DNA from: Burkholderiales bacterium
GTDB lineage: Bacteria; Pseudomonadota; Gammaproteobacteria; Burkholderiales; Usitatibacteraceae
DNA length: 32,116 bases
Assembly (NCBI GenBank): GCA_031427615.1
Contig: JANPNU010000244.1
Location: 1-32,116 of the forward strand
Direction of reading: 5' to 3'
Below are positions 10,476 to 20,435 of the stretch, one piece after another; position 1 is the first letter of the stretch, and every line of letters begins with the position of its first letter. The notes below the pieces were generated by a model. It had not been told where the DNA came from, made no database searches, and worked only from the letters and a program-made list of their open reading frames with translations. Made by a program: the position numbers and the translations under genes.

Positions 10476-10657
10476 GATGGTTTCTCCGAACCGATTGATA
10501 TCAAAAAAATTTCAATGCAAGGCATTAAAAAATTGTCGTATCGTTATTGCAAAGTTACGAATGTACAAAAGTGCGTGCAAATACTGGAAATCCAAAAACG
10601 GCGGTAAAAAATGATTGCTGACAGCGTCGATCGATTGATCTATACAGCTAGATACAG

Positions 10658-11206
10658 CTAGAAATTGCCGGCGACTTGAGACCCGTCTGTTGTCGCTTCG
10701 CCAACATTCAAAAAAGCGATGTTGCTGGCCAGCGCCTTAACATCAAGTTCCAGCCAAATTTTGTCGTTGGCATCACGATATTGCGCCCCTATCCACGGGC
10801 GCGACGTGTCAGCAACAGATTCTCGGGTAAACAAATCGGGATTACGCAGGCCCAACATGCGACTGACAACAATGCCTGACGCCTCAAGTAGCCGCTCATT
10901 AATCAGCACCACCCTGCGTTCCGCATTGGCGGCGATGAGCGCATTGCCCTGAAACCCAGAAAAATCGGCAATTGAAAACAACTTGCCACGAATGTTGGCG
11001 ACACCATAAAACCACGGCTTGGTTTGAGGCACGTTGACAAAACTTGGGGTGGGAATGACTTCTGCGACATCAGACAGGCTGACAAACCAGTTTTCGTCAC
11101 CAACCTGAAATCCAAGTTTAGAGGCAAACGCGCGCAACTTCGACGGATCGCGAAGTCGCTCAGCCAAGTTGCGCTGAAATTCGCGAAGACTCGTTTTACG
11201 TGCCAT
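10658..11206 (-). CDS. pilI: CheW-like coupling protein PilI
   Basis: 182-aa single CheW-like domain (PQTKPWFYGVANIRGKLFSIADFSGF, RRVVLINE, GIVVSRMLGL). Resembles P. aeruginosa PilI from memory. Sits between pilH and pilJ. Confidence 0.85.
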   Translation of the reverse strand: MARKTSLREFQRNLAERLRDPSKLRAFASKLGFQVGDENWFVSLSDVAEVIPTPSFVNVPQTKPWFYGVANIRGKLFSIADFSGFQGNALIAANAERRVVLINERLLEASGIVVSRMLGLRNPDLFTRESVADTSRPWIGAQYRDANDKIWLELDVKALASNIAFLNVGEATTDGSQVAGNF

Positions 11207-11237
11207 TGTTTGCGCGAAATGTCAGGGAATAACGCCG

Positions 11238-11603
11238 TTACCCGAGCGACTTGATTTTGGCAATCAGGTCGGGGGCATTGATTGGCTTGACAATATAGTC
11301 CTTGGCGCCCTGACGCATGCCCCAAATCTTGTCCGTTTCCTGATCCTTGGTTGTGCAAATGAAAACTGGAATATGTTTGGTGGTTTCCTCGCGGGTAATG
11401 GCTCTTGTTGCTTGAAACCCGTTTAGGCCGGGCATGACCACGTCCATGAGCACCAAGTCAGGCTGCGCACTCTTGGCGACTTCAACGCCTTCTTCGCCAC
11501 TAGAGGCAAGGATGACGGTGAAACCTGCCTTGGTCAGTAAACCTTCCATGAAGGTTCGCTCGGTCGGCGAATCATCAACTACTAAAATTTTATTTATGGC
11601 CAT
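11238..11603 (-). CDS. pilH: CheY-like single-domain response regulator PilH
   Basis: Receiver motifs ILVVDDS, DLVLMDVVMPGLNG, TTKD, KPI. The ATG at 11603 (MAINKILVVDD) has GGAG 9 nt upstream. The track ORF extends to 11636. Confidence 0.88.
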   Translation of the reverse strand: MAINKILVVDDSPTERTFMEGLLTKAGFTVILASSGEEGVEVAKSAQPDLVLMDVVMPGLNGFQATRAITREETTKHIPVFICTTKDQETDKIWGMRQGAKDYIVKPINAPDLIAKIKSLG

Positions 11604-11732
11604 TTTGTTTGCTCCAGTCCAGTCGTGCTTGTTCAAAAATTGTTAATGATGAAACTCCAATTTTATAAGTATTGGAGGAAACTTTAATATTTGATAGAAA
11701 ATCGTTGCAATTATGGCTGCTTAATCCCCGCA

Positions 11733-12146
11733 TTAAGCCACGTTCTGTTGCGCGTTCCGGTTTGCAAGGTGCGCCTCAACTGCCTTGAGCAGACTTTCTT
11801 TTGAAAACGGTTTGGTCAGATATTCATCCGACCCAACCATGCGACCCCGCGCCCGGTCAAATAAACTGTCTTTTGACGACAACATGATTACCGGTGTGGT
11901 TTTGTGTTTGCCGTTTTTCTTGATCAACGCGCATGTTTGATATCCGTCCAGTCGGGGCATCATAATGTCGACAAAAATGACATCCGGTTGATGATCGGCA
12001 ATCTTAGCAAGGGCGTCGAAGCCGTTTTCGGCCAGAATGACCTGACAACCGGCTTGCATTAAAAATATTTCGGCGCTACGGCGAATGGTGTTCGAATCAT
12101 CGATCACCATTACTCGTGTTCCCGATAATGTTTTTGTCTCCGTCAC
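11733..12146 (-). CDS. pilG: CheY-like single-domain response regulator PilG
   Basis: Very close to P. aeruginosa PilG as I remember it (VMVIDDSNTIRRSAE, FDALAKIADHQPDVIFVDIMMPRLDGYQTCALIK, TPVIMLSSKD, GSDEYLTKPFSKE). The start codon at 12146 is GTG. Confidence 0.92.
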   Translation of the reverse strand: MTETKTLSGTRVMVIDDSNTIRRSAEIFLMQAGCQVILAENGFDALAKIADHQPDVIFVDIMMPRLDGYQTCALIKKNGKHKTTPVIMLSSKDSLFDRARGRMVGSDEYLTKPFSKESLLKAVEAHLANRNAQQNVA

Positions 12147-12590
12147 AAAGTTACTTTCTGGTATTCATTGTTAACAATCGCCTAGGAATTGCTGCCTGTG
12201 CCGCAACGCCCGCCCATCAATATACACACCGCCACAAGAAAATTGCGTAGCTTTGCTGCCAGAATCGCGAGAATTCTGATGAATTATGAGCCGATCAGGG
12301 AACTGAAGGTTAGCGCGTTTGTCCTTCAAAAACAATACTTAGTGATGCTGCCGCAAGCCCATAACGGCCGAAATTTTTGGTTGGCAAATGAAAAGACCCC
12401 CACTTACCGCTATCGGCAGCGATCTGGCAATCTTTAACAGTGGGGGCAATTGCTGCGTCGTACCGAGAGCGGGCGTTAGCCTGCGTCAGGATTTGCCGGA
12501 CAAAATGGGTGGAATCGTAGATTGGTGATCCAAAACTGGCCAGCCATAACAGGTCGGCAACCAATTTTTATTGTTTGGATGGCATGACAA

Positions 12591-12776
12591 TTACAGCTCA
12601 ACCATCTCAAAATCGTCCTTGCGCGCCCCACACTCCGGGCAGGCCCAGCCAACCGGCACATCATCCCATCTGGTGCCGGGCAAAATGCCATCTTCAGGCC
12701 AGCCTTCTGCCTCGTCGTATATCAAGCCGCAAACAAGACACATCCATGTTTTGGTTGCGGTGGTGGAATCACTCAT
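12591..12776 (-). CDS. Rubredoxin
   Basis: Two CxxCG iron-binding knuckles ([12 protein letters not shown] and [13 protein letters not shown]) with the typical length. ATG at 12776; the first codon of the track ORF at 12782 is GTG. Confidence 0.9.
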   Translation of the reverse strand: MSDSTTATKTWMCLVCGLIYDEAEGWPEDGILPGTRWDDVPVGWACPECGARKDDFEMVEL

Positions 12777-12810
12777 AAACACTCACATTAATAATCTGGG
12801 AGAAATTGTC

Positions 12811-12837
12811 GGCGCGAAAACCGGTGCGCGCCTTTTT
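12811..12837 (+). terminator. Intrinsic-terminator-like hairpin in the thiD 5' region (possible attenuator)
   Basis: ggcgcg (12811-12816), 10-nt loop, cgcgcc (12827-12832), then TTTTT (12833-12837). About 110 nt upstream of the thiD ATG. No plus-strand gene lies upstream for it to terminate. Confidence 0.35.
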
Positions 12838-12947
12838 ACGGCGATACAATGCAACAGTAGAAACATTGGGTCCCGAAATTTTAGCGTTTTTGACGCCTGA
12901 ACTGCGCTTTTGAAATTCCCGGTGACGTTGGCGTAATTTTTTGACCA

Positions 12948-13880
12948 TTGGCCACATTAATGTCTGATTTATACAAACCTCCTCCAGCCGTACTGACTTT
13001 TGCCGCAACCGACCCTTCAGGGGGTGCCGGTTTGCAGGCCGATCTGCTGACATTGGCCAGCATGGGCTGTCATCCGCTGTCGGTAATTACGGCTATTACC
13101 GTACAAAACACATCGGGCGTTGAGGGATTCCTGGCGATTGATGCGGATTGGGTGTCAGATCAGGCCCGGGCGATCCTGGAAGACATTCCGATTGCCGCCT
13201 TTAAATTGGGCGTAATGGGCAGCGCGGAAAACATTGCCGCAATTGCCGAAATCGTTTCAGATTATCCCGAAATCCCACTTATTTTTGATCCAGTTTTGTC
13301 GTCCGCGCGTGGCGATGAATTTGCCAATGAAGAGGCGTTGGAGGCGATGCGAGAAATGATCATTCCGCAGACGACTGTGATCACGCCCAATTCACTGGAA
13401 TTGCGCCGCCTGATGGTGATGGACGACAATGACGATGAATTGAGTCATGACCGTTTGGCGAGGCGTTTGACTGATCTTGGCGTGGAATACGTATTGGTTA
13501 CCGGCACACACGACGCAACGTTGGAAGTAATCAACACCCTATATGGTGATCGCGGCGTCATGCGTGCCGACCGGTGGCAGCGGCTGCCAGGCAGCTACCA
13601 CGGTTCTGGCTGCACACTCGCATCCGCACTGGCGGCAACGATTGCGCGTGGGATGGATATCGAGGAAGCGGTGCGCGAGGCGCAAGAGTATACTTGGCAA
13701 ACCCTGAAGTTTGGTTTTCGGCCGGGTATGGGTCAGCATATTCCAGACCGCATGTTTTGGGCGCGTGATGAGGATGGAGTTGATAAAGAAGACGAATCTG
13801 CAAACGCCGACGGCACAACGGTTGCGGATGACACCGGCGCGACCATTATCGACGTCGAGCCATCCAATTCGCGTCATTGA
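12948..13880 (+). CDS. thiD: Hydroxymethylpyrimidine / phosphomethylpyrimidine kinase ThiD
   Basis: ThiD motifs DPSGGAGLQADL and GSGCTLASALAA, with the ribokinase-like layout. Carries an extra acidic C-terminal tail of about 40 aa. Confidence 0.93.
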   Translation: MATLMSDLYKPPPAVLTFAATDPSGGAGLQADLLTLASMGCHPLSVITAITVQNTSGVEGFLAIDADWVSDQARAILEDIPIAAFKLGVMGSAENIAAIAEIVSDYPEIPLIFDPVLSSARGDEFANEEALEAMREMIIPQTTVITPNSLELRRLMVMDDNDDELSHDRLARRLTDLGVEYVLVTGTHDATLEVINTLYGDRGVMRADRWQRLPGSYHGSGCTLASALAATIARGMDIEEAVREAQEYTWQTLKFGFRPGMGQHIPDRMFWARDEDGVDKEDESANADGTTVADDTGATIIDVEPSNSRH

Positions 13881-13891
13881 GTGTGCGGGTG

Positions 13892-14578
13892 ATGGCTCGT
13901 CGGAAAAACATTTTTGCAATCGACAAAATCCGAGGCTTATACGTCATCACGCCAGAGCACATGGATGGGAACCGGTTGGAATTGATGGTCGGCGAGGCGT
14001 TAGTGGCTGGCGTCCGCTTGATTCAATACCGTAGAAAATCCACAGCTCCAAAATCACAAGTCGTTGAGGCACGTCGATTTTGCCGGATGGCGCAGGCAGT
14101 GGGCGCGATATTTATCGTTAATGATGATCTGGAGTTGGCCATGACGGTTGGTGCGGATGGCGTGCATTGGGGGCGAGACGACGCGGCAATGGAACAACTT
14201 CACGAAAAAATCGACTTGGTGAAGAAAAAAAATGGCGACCAATTTATAGTTGGGGTGTCGTGTTATGGTGATTTGTCGCGGGCGCAAATTGCCGTTGCAG
14301 CCGGTGCCGATTACATTGCCTTTGGCAGCATGTTTGTGTCTCAGACAAAACCGAATGCAGCTGGGGCCGGTTTGCAGGTAATTGTTGATGCAAAGGCGAT
14401 GTTTAATGTGCCCATTGTTGCCATTGGCGGCATTACAAGGGTCAACGCAAAACCTATAATTAGTGCGGGTGCTAACGCGTTGGCGGTGATTACAGATGTT
14501 TTTCCTCAAGATATGGGTGGCGACAGCATTACCACCCGTGTAAAAGCATTTAACCGACTATTTAAAAAAAATAATTGA
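13892..14578 (+). CDS. thiE: Thiamine-phosphate synthase ThiE
   Basis: LRGLYVIT-type N-terminus (IRGLYVITPE), FIVNDD, GADGVHWG, VAIGGI. Either the ATG at 13892 or the TTG at 13877, which overlaps the thiD stop, could be the start. Confidence 0.9.
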   Translation: MARRKNIFAIDKIRGLYVITPEHMDGNRLELMVGEALVAGVRLIQYRRKSTAPKSQVVEARRFCRMAQAVGAIFIVNDDLELAMTVGADGVHWGRDDAAMEQLHEKIDLVKKKNGDQFIVGVSCYGDLSRAQIAVAAGADYIAFGSMFVSQTKPNAAGAGLQVIVDAKAMFNVPIVAIGGITRVNAKPIISAGANALAVITDVFPQDMGGDSITTRVKAFNRLFKKNN

Positions 14579-15880
14579 ATGTTAGCCAATACAATATTTA
14601 CCAATAGCCAGGCCCTATTCGAAAAGTCACAACGGCTCATACCTGGCGGGGTTAATTCGCCGGTTCGGGCTTTTCGATCGGTCGGAGGAACGCCGATTTT
14701 TTTCAAGAAAGGGCACGGCGCCTATTTGTGGGATGTAGACGGCAATCGCTACATTGATTACGTAGGCTCATGGGGTCCGGCCATCGTTGGCCACGCCCAT
14801 CCGGAAGTGGTCGCCGCCGTGCAGGCCAGCGCAGTTGACGGATTGAGTTTTGGCGCGCCAACTGAGGCTGAACTTAAAATGGCTGAAACCTTGTGTCGGC
14901 TGTTGCCGTCACTTGAACAAGTGCGGCTGGTCAGTTCCGGAACGGAAGCAACCATGAGCGCAATTCGCTTGGCACGCGGCGCAACGGGGCGTAACAAGAT
15001 TGTTAAATTTGAAGGTTGTTACCATGGACATGCTGATTCGCTATTGGTCAAAGCGGGATCAGGCGCTCTGACCTTCGGTAATCCCAGCTCTGCCGGTGTG
15101 CCGGCCGTTGTTGCTGCCGACACCGTTGTTCTGACCTTTAATGATCAAGCTGACTTGGAAAAAACTTTTGCCGCGATCGGCCCTGAATTGGCGTGCGTAA
15201 TTATTGAACCAATCGCCGGCAATATGAATTTTGTCAAACCATCGGCCTCGTACATGCAGGCACTGCGTTTGTTGTGTACCAAACATGGCGCCATACTTAT
15301 TTTTGATGAAGTGATGACCGGATTTCGCGTTGGCCTGGGTGGAGCACAGGGTCATTACGGCATCACGCCTGATTTAACAACCCTCGGCAAAGTGATCGGC
15401 GGTGGCATGCCGGTTGGCGCTTTTGGCGGGCGACGTGACCTGATGGCACACATGGCCCCATTGGGCGGTGTATATCAGGCGGGTACCTTGTCCGGAAATC
15501 CTGTCGCTGTTGCGGCGGGGCTCAAAACGCTGGAACTTATTTCGCGGCCCGGGTTTTATGAAACGTTGTCTGCCAGTACGACGCGGTTATGTGAAGGTTT
15601 GACCCGTGCTGCCCGGGATGCGGGTGAAACATTTTGTGCTACCAGCCTTGGCGGAATGTTTGGATTTTTTTTCGCGGCATCAACGCCGAACTCGTTTGCC
15701 GATGTGATGCGGTCAGACCGTGAACGATTTAATCGTTTTTTTCACGCCATGCTGGAACGGGGAGTTTATTTGGCACCGTCCGCATTCGAGGCCGGTTTTG
15801 TCTCCATAATGCATACCGATGCGGATATCGACCAAACGGTGGCGCATGCGCGCGATGTTTTTACCGAGCTGCAACAATAA
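14579..15880 (+). CDS. hemL: Glutamate-1-semialdehyde 2,1-aminomutase HemL
   Basis: Full-length match to the HemL pattern: [24 protein letters not shown], and PLP-lysine motif [18 protein letters not shown]. The ATG directly abuts the thiE stop. Confidence 0.97.
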   Translation: MLANTIFTNSQALFEKSQRLIPGGVNSPVRAFRSVGGTPIFFKKGHGAYLWDVDGNRYIDYVGSWGPAIVGHAHPEVVAAVQASAVDGLSFGAPTEAELKMAETLCRLLPSLEQVRLVSSGTEATMSAIRLARGATGRNKIVKFEGCYHGHADSLLVKAGSGALTFGNPSSAGVPAVVAADTVVLTFNDQADLEKTFAAIGPELACVIIEPIAGNMNFVKPSASYMQALRLLCTKHGAILIFDEVMTGFRVGLGGAQGHYGITPDLTTLGKVIGGGMPVGAFGGRRDLMAHMAPLGGVYQAGTLSGNPVAVAAGLKTLELISRPGFYETLSASTTRLCEGLTRAARDAGETFCATSLGGMFGFFFAASTPNSFADVMRSDRERFNRFFHAMLERGVYLAPSAFEAGFVSIMHTDADIDQTVAHARDVFTELQQ

Positions 15881-15988
15881 CTACGTCATCATGACAGCCT
15901 CACAGCGATTCGTGCGAGTGTTATTTTATCGACCCGATGTCCGCACGATTGCGCTAATTGTTATTCGTCGACAAACCTTAATTTTGTT

Positions 15989-16498
15989 ATGAGCAATTCA
16001 TTACTGGCAAGCTGCCCTGTCGCAATTGAACACCTTGACGCGCGATTGGCTGATTCGGCGACGCAGCGGGCATTTGGCGGCTTTGCCATCCTGTTGCTCG
16101 ACTTGGACCACTTCAAAATTTTTAGTGATGAAATGGGGCCGGGCGCAGCCAATGCCGCATTAAAAATATATTCCGGGCGCATTGATAACGCACTGCGTGA
16201 CACGGATTTTTTTGCCAAACTTGGCGACGATAAATATTTGGTCGTAGTCCCGCAGATTTCTGACGTGGATACCGTGACGCTCGTGACGAACAAGCTGATT
16301 GAAACCATTGCCAGGCCGATTACTGTTGGTGGATTGGAAAAACAAATCACGGTCAGTATTGGCGTGAGTTTTTTCCCGGAGCATGGCGATGACCGGCAAT
16401 CCTTGGTGTCGTGCGCGGAACAGGCGTTGGCAACCGCCAAGCGCCACGGGCGCAACCGCGCCACAATTTATTCAGACAGTTTGCGTATCGCCGGTTAA
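15989..16498 (+). CDS. Stand-alone degenerate GGDEF-domain protein (predicted inactive cyclase with retained I-site)
   Basis: 169 aa covering only a GGDEF fold: ILLLDLDHFK, RDTDFFAKLGDDKYLVVV, TVSIGVSFFPEHG, ALATAKRHGRNR. GDDKY replaces the GG[DE]EF motif. RxxD is present 5 residues upstream of it (nt 16196-16237). Confidence 0.8.
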   Translation: MSNSLLASCPVAIEHLDARLADSATQRAFGGFAILLLDLDHFKIFSDEMGPGAANAALKIYSGRIDNALRDTDFFAKLGDDKYLVVVPQISDVDTVTLVTNKLIETIARPITVGGLEKQITVSIGVSFFPEHGDDRQSLVSCAEQALATAKRHGRNRATIYSDSLRIAG

Positions 16499-16521
16499 TT
16501 GGGTTTCGCCAGGCTGAAAAT

Positions 16522-16552
16522 GAAAATGCCGCATCAACGATGCGGCATTTTC
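16522..16552. terminator. Bidirectional intrinsic terminator between the convergent GGDEF gene and cytochrome c4
   Basis: The 14-nt arms gaaaatgccgcatc (16522-16535) and gatgcggcattttc (16539-16552) are perfect complements. The A-run and T-run inside the arms give a U-tract on either strand. Confidence 0.8.
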
Positions 16553-16595
16553 ATTAATGCAACCGATCGGATCGACGCCCGAACAAGGTAATGAG

Positions 16596-17303
16596 CTATT
16601 TTGTGCCGGCCTGTTTGGCCTTAACGGCGACTTCGATGCGCATGCCTGCCATGTACTCGGCAACAGCGATTAAATCACTGTCCTTCATGCGGCTGGTGAT
16701 GGCGTTCATCTGGGTATTTTTGCGTTCGCCCGAAGCATAAGCACGAAGCTGGGCGGCTGAATACTCAGGCCATTGGCCGGCGACTTTTGGATAGAGGGCG
16801 GGAATTCCCGCGCCCATCCCACCGTGACAGCCAGAGCAAGCCGGCACGTTGGCAGTCGGAATGCCCACGCGATAAATGGTTTGACCGCGTGTTGCAACCG
16901 CCTGATTGCGAGCCACGGCTGAGGTTTTGCCGCGCTGGGCATAATAATAGGAGCCAACTGCTTTCATGTCGTCAGCAGACAAGTTTGCGGCCATCCCTTG
17001 CATAATTGCATTTGTGCGTTTACCAGATTGATAGAGTTCAAGCTGCTTGGCGATATACTCGCCGGGCATGCCAGCAATGTTGGGGTTTGCTGAAATTGGG
17101 CTGTAACCATCCAAGCCATGGCAGGCAACACACACTGCGCCGGCAATTTGTTTGCCACGATCAAGTCGTTCAGCGTAGGTTGGTGCCGGCGTGGACGCCT
17201 TGGCGGCCGGTTTCGCGGCGTCTGTGCTGGCATACACGAAAGCGCTGCCCATGGTTGTCACCACAGCCAACATTTTGATCAATATTACGCAATTCATCTT
17301 CAT
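16596..17303 (-). CDS. Dihaem cytochrome c4
   Basis: Two haem c motifs (CVACHG and CSGCHG), each followed by a distal Met region. Signal peptide MKMNCVILIKMLAVVTTMGSAFVYA from the ATG at 17303. The track ORF extends to 17363. Confidence 0.9.
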   Translation of the reverse strand: MKMNCVILIKMLAVVTTMGSAFVYASTDAAKPAAKASTPAPTYAERLDRGKQIAGAVCVACHGLDGYSPISANPNIAGMPGEYIAKQLELYQSGKRTNAIMQGMAANLSADDMKAVGSYYYAQRGKTSAVARNQAVATRGQTIYRVGIPTANVPACSGCHGGMGAGIPALYPKVAGQWPEYSAAQLRAYASGERKNTQMNAITSRMKDSDLIAVAEYMAGMRIEVAVKAKQAGTK

Positions 17304-17394
17304 TTCAAACCCTTTTTTACGCTTTTTGCACGGTAGGCGCCATTTTAGCCTATCGGCTGCCAATCCGAAACCAACAAACTAGATCGAGCCCCCC

Positions 17395-17985
17395 GTGAAA
17401 CTGTTTGCCAACGTTGTATATACCGCTTCCGCCCACGACTTGGCGCAACTGCCCCCGGATATCGGTGCAGAAATTGCCTTTGTCGGTCGTTCGAACTCCG
17501 GAAAGTCATCGGCAATTAATACGCTCGCCAATCACAACCGTTTGGCGTTTGTCTCCAAAACGCCAGGCCGCACGCAGCTGATCAATTTTTTTTCGTTGGG
17601 GGGCGATAAATCGCTGGTTGATTTACCCGGATATGGTTACGCCAAGGTGCCACCAGCGGTGAAGGCACACTGGGAAGAGACGCTGGCCGGATATGTATCC
17701 GGTCGCAATGCGTTAAAAGGGTTGGTTTTGATCATGGATGCACGGCATCCACTGAAGCCAACGGATGAACGGTTGCTTGATTGGTATGCCCCAACAAAAA
17801 AACCTGTGCATTGTTTGCTTACCAAGGCGGACAAGCTCAGCAAGAGTGAGCAGGCGCAGACCTTGGTACGGGTGCGGGATCAACTAAGACTGGCGAATCG
17901 CAACGCAACCGCACAGCTTTTTTCTGCCCTGAAAAAAACCGGTGTTGACGAGGCCGAAAAACAAATCGCAAAAATGATGATCTGA
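17395..17985 (+). CDS. engB: Ribosome-biogenesis GTPase EngB/YihA
   Basis: G1 GRSNSGKSS, G3 DLPGYG, G4 TKADK. GTG start at 17395. Divergent from cytochrome c4, which is a common arrangement. Confidence 0.93.
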   Translation: MKLFANVVYTASAHDLAQLPPDIGAEIAFVGRSNSGKSSAINTLANHNRLAFVSKTPGRTQLINFFSLGGDKSLVDLPGYGYAKVPPAVKAHWEETLAGYVSGRNALKGLVLIMDARHPLKPTDERLLDWYAPTKKPVHCLLTKADKLSKSEQAQTLVRVRDQLRLANRNATAQLFSALKKTGVDEAEKQIAKMMI

Positions 17986-18042
17986 GTGTTTATGCCAGCT
18001 TGATTTGCGAGACGATTAAAAAACTCGCGGCGGAATAGAAAA

Positions 18043-18086
18043 GGGGCATAGGAAAAGGGGTTAACCTATGCCCCAAAGCCTTTTTT
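18043..18086 (+). terminator. Intrinsic terminator downstream of engB
   Basis: ggggcatagg (18043-18052), 12-nt loop, cctatgcccc (18065-18074), then aaagcctttttt with a T6 run ending at 18086. Confidence 0.7.
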
Positions 18087-18110
18087 GAAAGGCCCCGCTC
18101 AGGGAGGTGA

Positions 18111-19724
<1,614 letters not shown>

Positions 19725-19738
<14 letters not shown>

Positions 19739-20429
19739 ATCGATTCATTGCTTCGGCCAGTTGTATTCGGTCGTGTCTAATACTTGCCCGAGGAAATTTC
19801 GCCTGCCGTTCAACGTGGTTTTCATAAAGCGAAATTTCGACGACGATGTCATCGAACGTGAGCTCATACGAGTAACCGGTCGGCACGACCCGAGGCTTAA
19901 AACTTCGATCCCGGTTTTGGCGATCACGCTGGCCGGCATGATGTTCGCGAATGTCGAATTCGACCGGTTGGTTCAACAAAAACAATTCAAAAATCTTGGC
20001 GTCGACCCCAATGAGCTCTAATTCGATTGTGCTGGTTTCGTTGGCCGTACCGGTCAAAACCCCACCGCGAAGCCAGGGCGAAAACTCGTCCAGCCATTGC
20101 ATGGCCCGAATGGCGGTCTTACGTAATTCGGTGAGCGCGACCGGCTGGGTATCAGAGGCAAACAGGGCCAGGTACTGCCGTAACGCATCGTCAATTTCAT
20201 GATTGTCCGGCAGCACATTTTGATCGCGGGTGGACAGACCGAGTTGTTTGGCTGCTTTGAGCTTGGCTGTATGGTAATCATCCATTCCACCGGCAAGAAG
20301 TTGCGCCGTGCGCTGCGCCAATACCTGCCGGGTTCGGGTATGGGATTGTTCGGGCGGTGGACTGCATCCGGTCGTTTTTGAAGGTTTGGCGGCCGTTGGC
20401 CGGCGTCGCCTGGGGGAGTCGGCGGGCAT
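19725..20429 (-). CDS. Uncharacterised protein immediately downstream of mrcA (possible minimal nucleotidyltransferase-like fold)
   Basis: 234-aa ORF whose ATG lies 6 nt after the mrcA stop. No signal peptide; Arg/Pro-rich N-terminus. Contains LRGGVLTGTANETSTIELEL, which fits the hG[GS]-x9-13-Dh[DE]h pattern with Glu in place of Asp. An alternative start at Met49 (nt 20285) cannot be excluded. Confidence 0.6.
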
Positions 20430-20435
20430 GATTCG

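Noticed and set aside
12205-12477. Long-range 9-bp complement (aacgcccgc 12205-12213 / gcgggcgtt 12469-12477), suggesting a large structured RNA in the rubredoxin-pilG spacer.
   Set aside because: A 9-mer inverted match within 444 nt is expected by chance at roughly one in three. There is no supporting nested pairing.
12783-12947. Possible TPP (THI-box) riboswitch in front of thiD.
   Set aside because: I could not find the conserved CUGAGA / ACCUGAUCUGGAUAAUGCCAGCG-type core. Only a simple hairpin plus T-run is present, and it is reported separately.
15665-15672. T8 run inside hemL. Similar A8 runs occur in thiE (about 14226) and aroB (29941-29948).
   Set aside because: They sit in intact essential genes, encode sensible Phe/Lys stretches, and are expected at this base composition. 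There is no sign of frameshifting.
15881-15988. The frame of the GGDEF gene stays open upstream to the hemL stop and reads HHDSLTAIRA, reminiscent of the DxLTGLxNR start of GGDEF domains.
   Set aside because: The spacing to the DLDHFK strand would be about 30 residues too long. The real counterpart of that motif (NSLLASCPV) lies inside the called ORF. No start codon supports the extension.
15961-16464. 167-aa ORF antisense to the GGDEF-domain gene.
   Set aside because: The plus-strand frame aligns to the GGDEF fold end to end. The antisense frame is Ser/Cys/Ala-rich with no motif.
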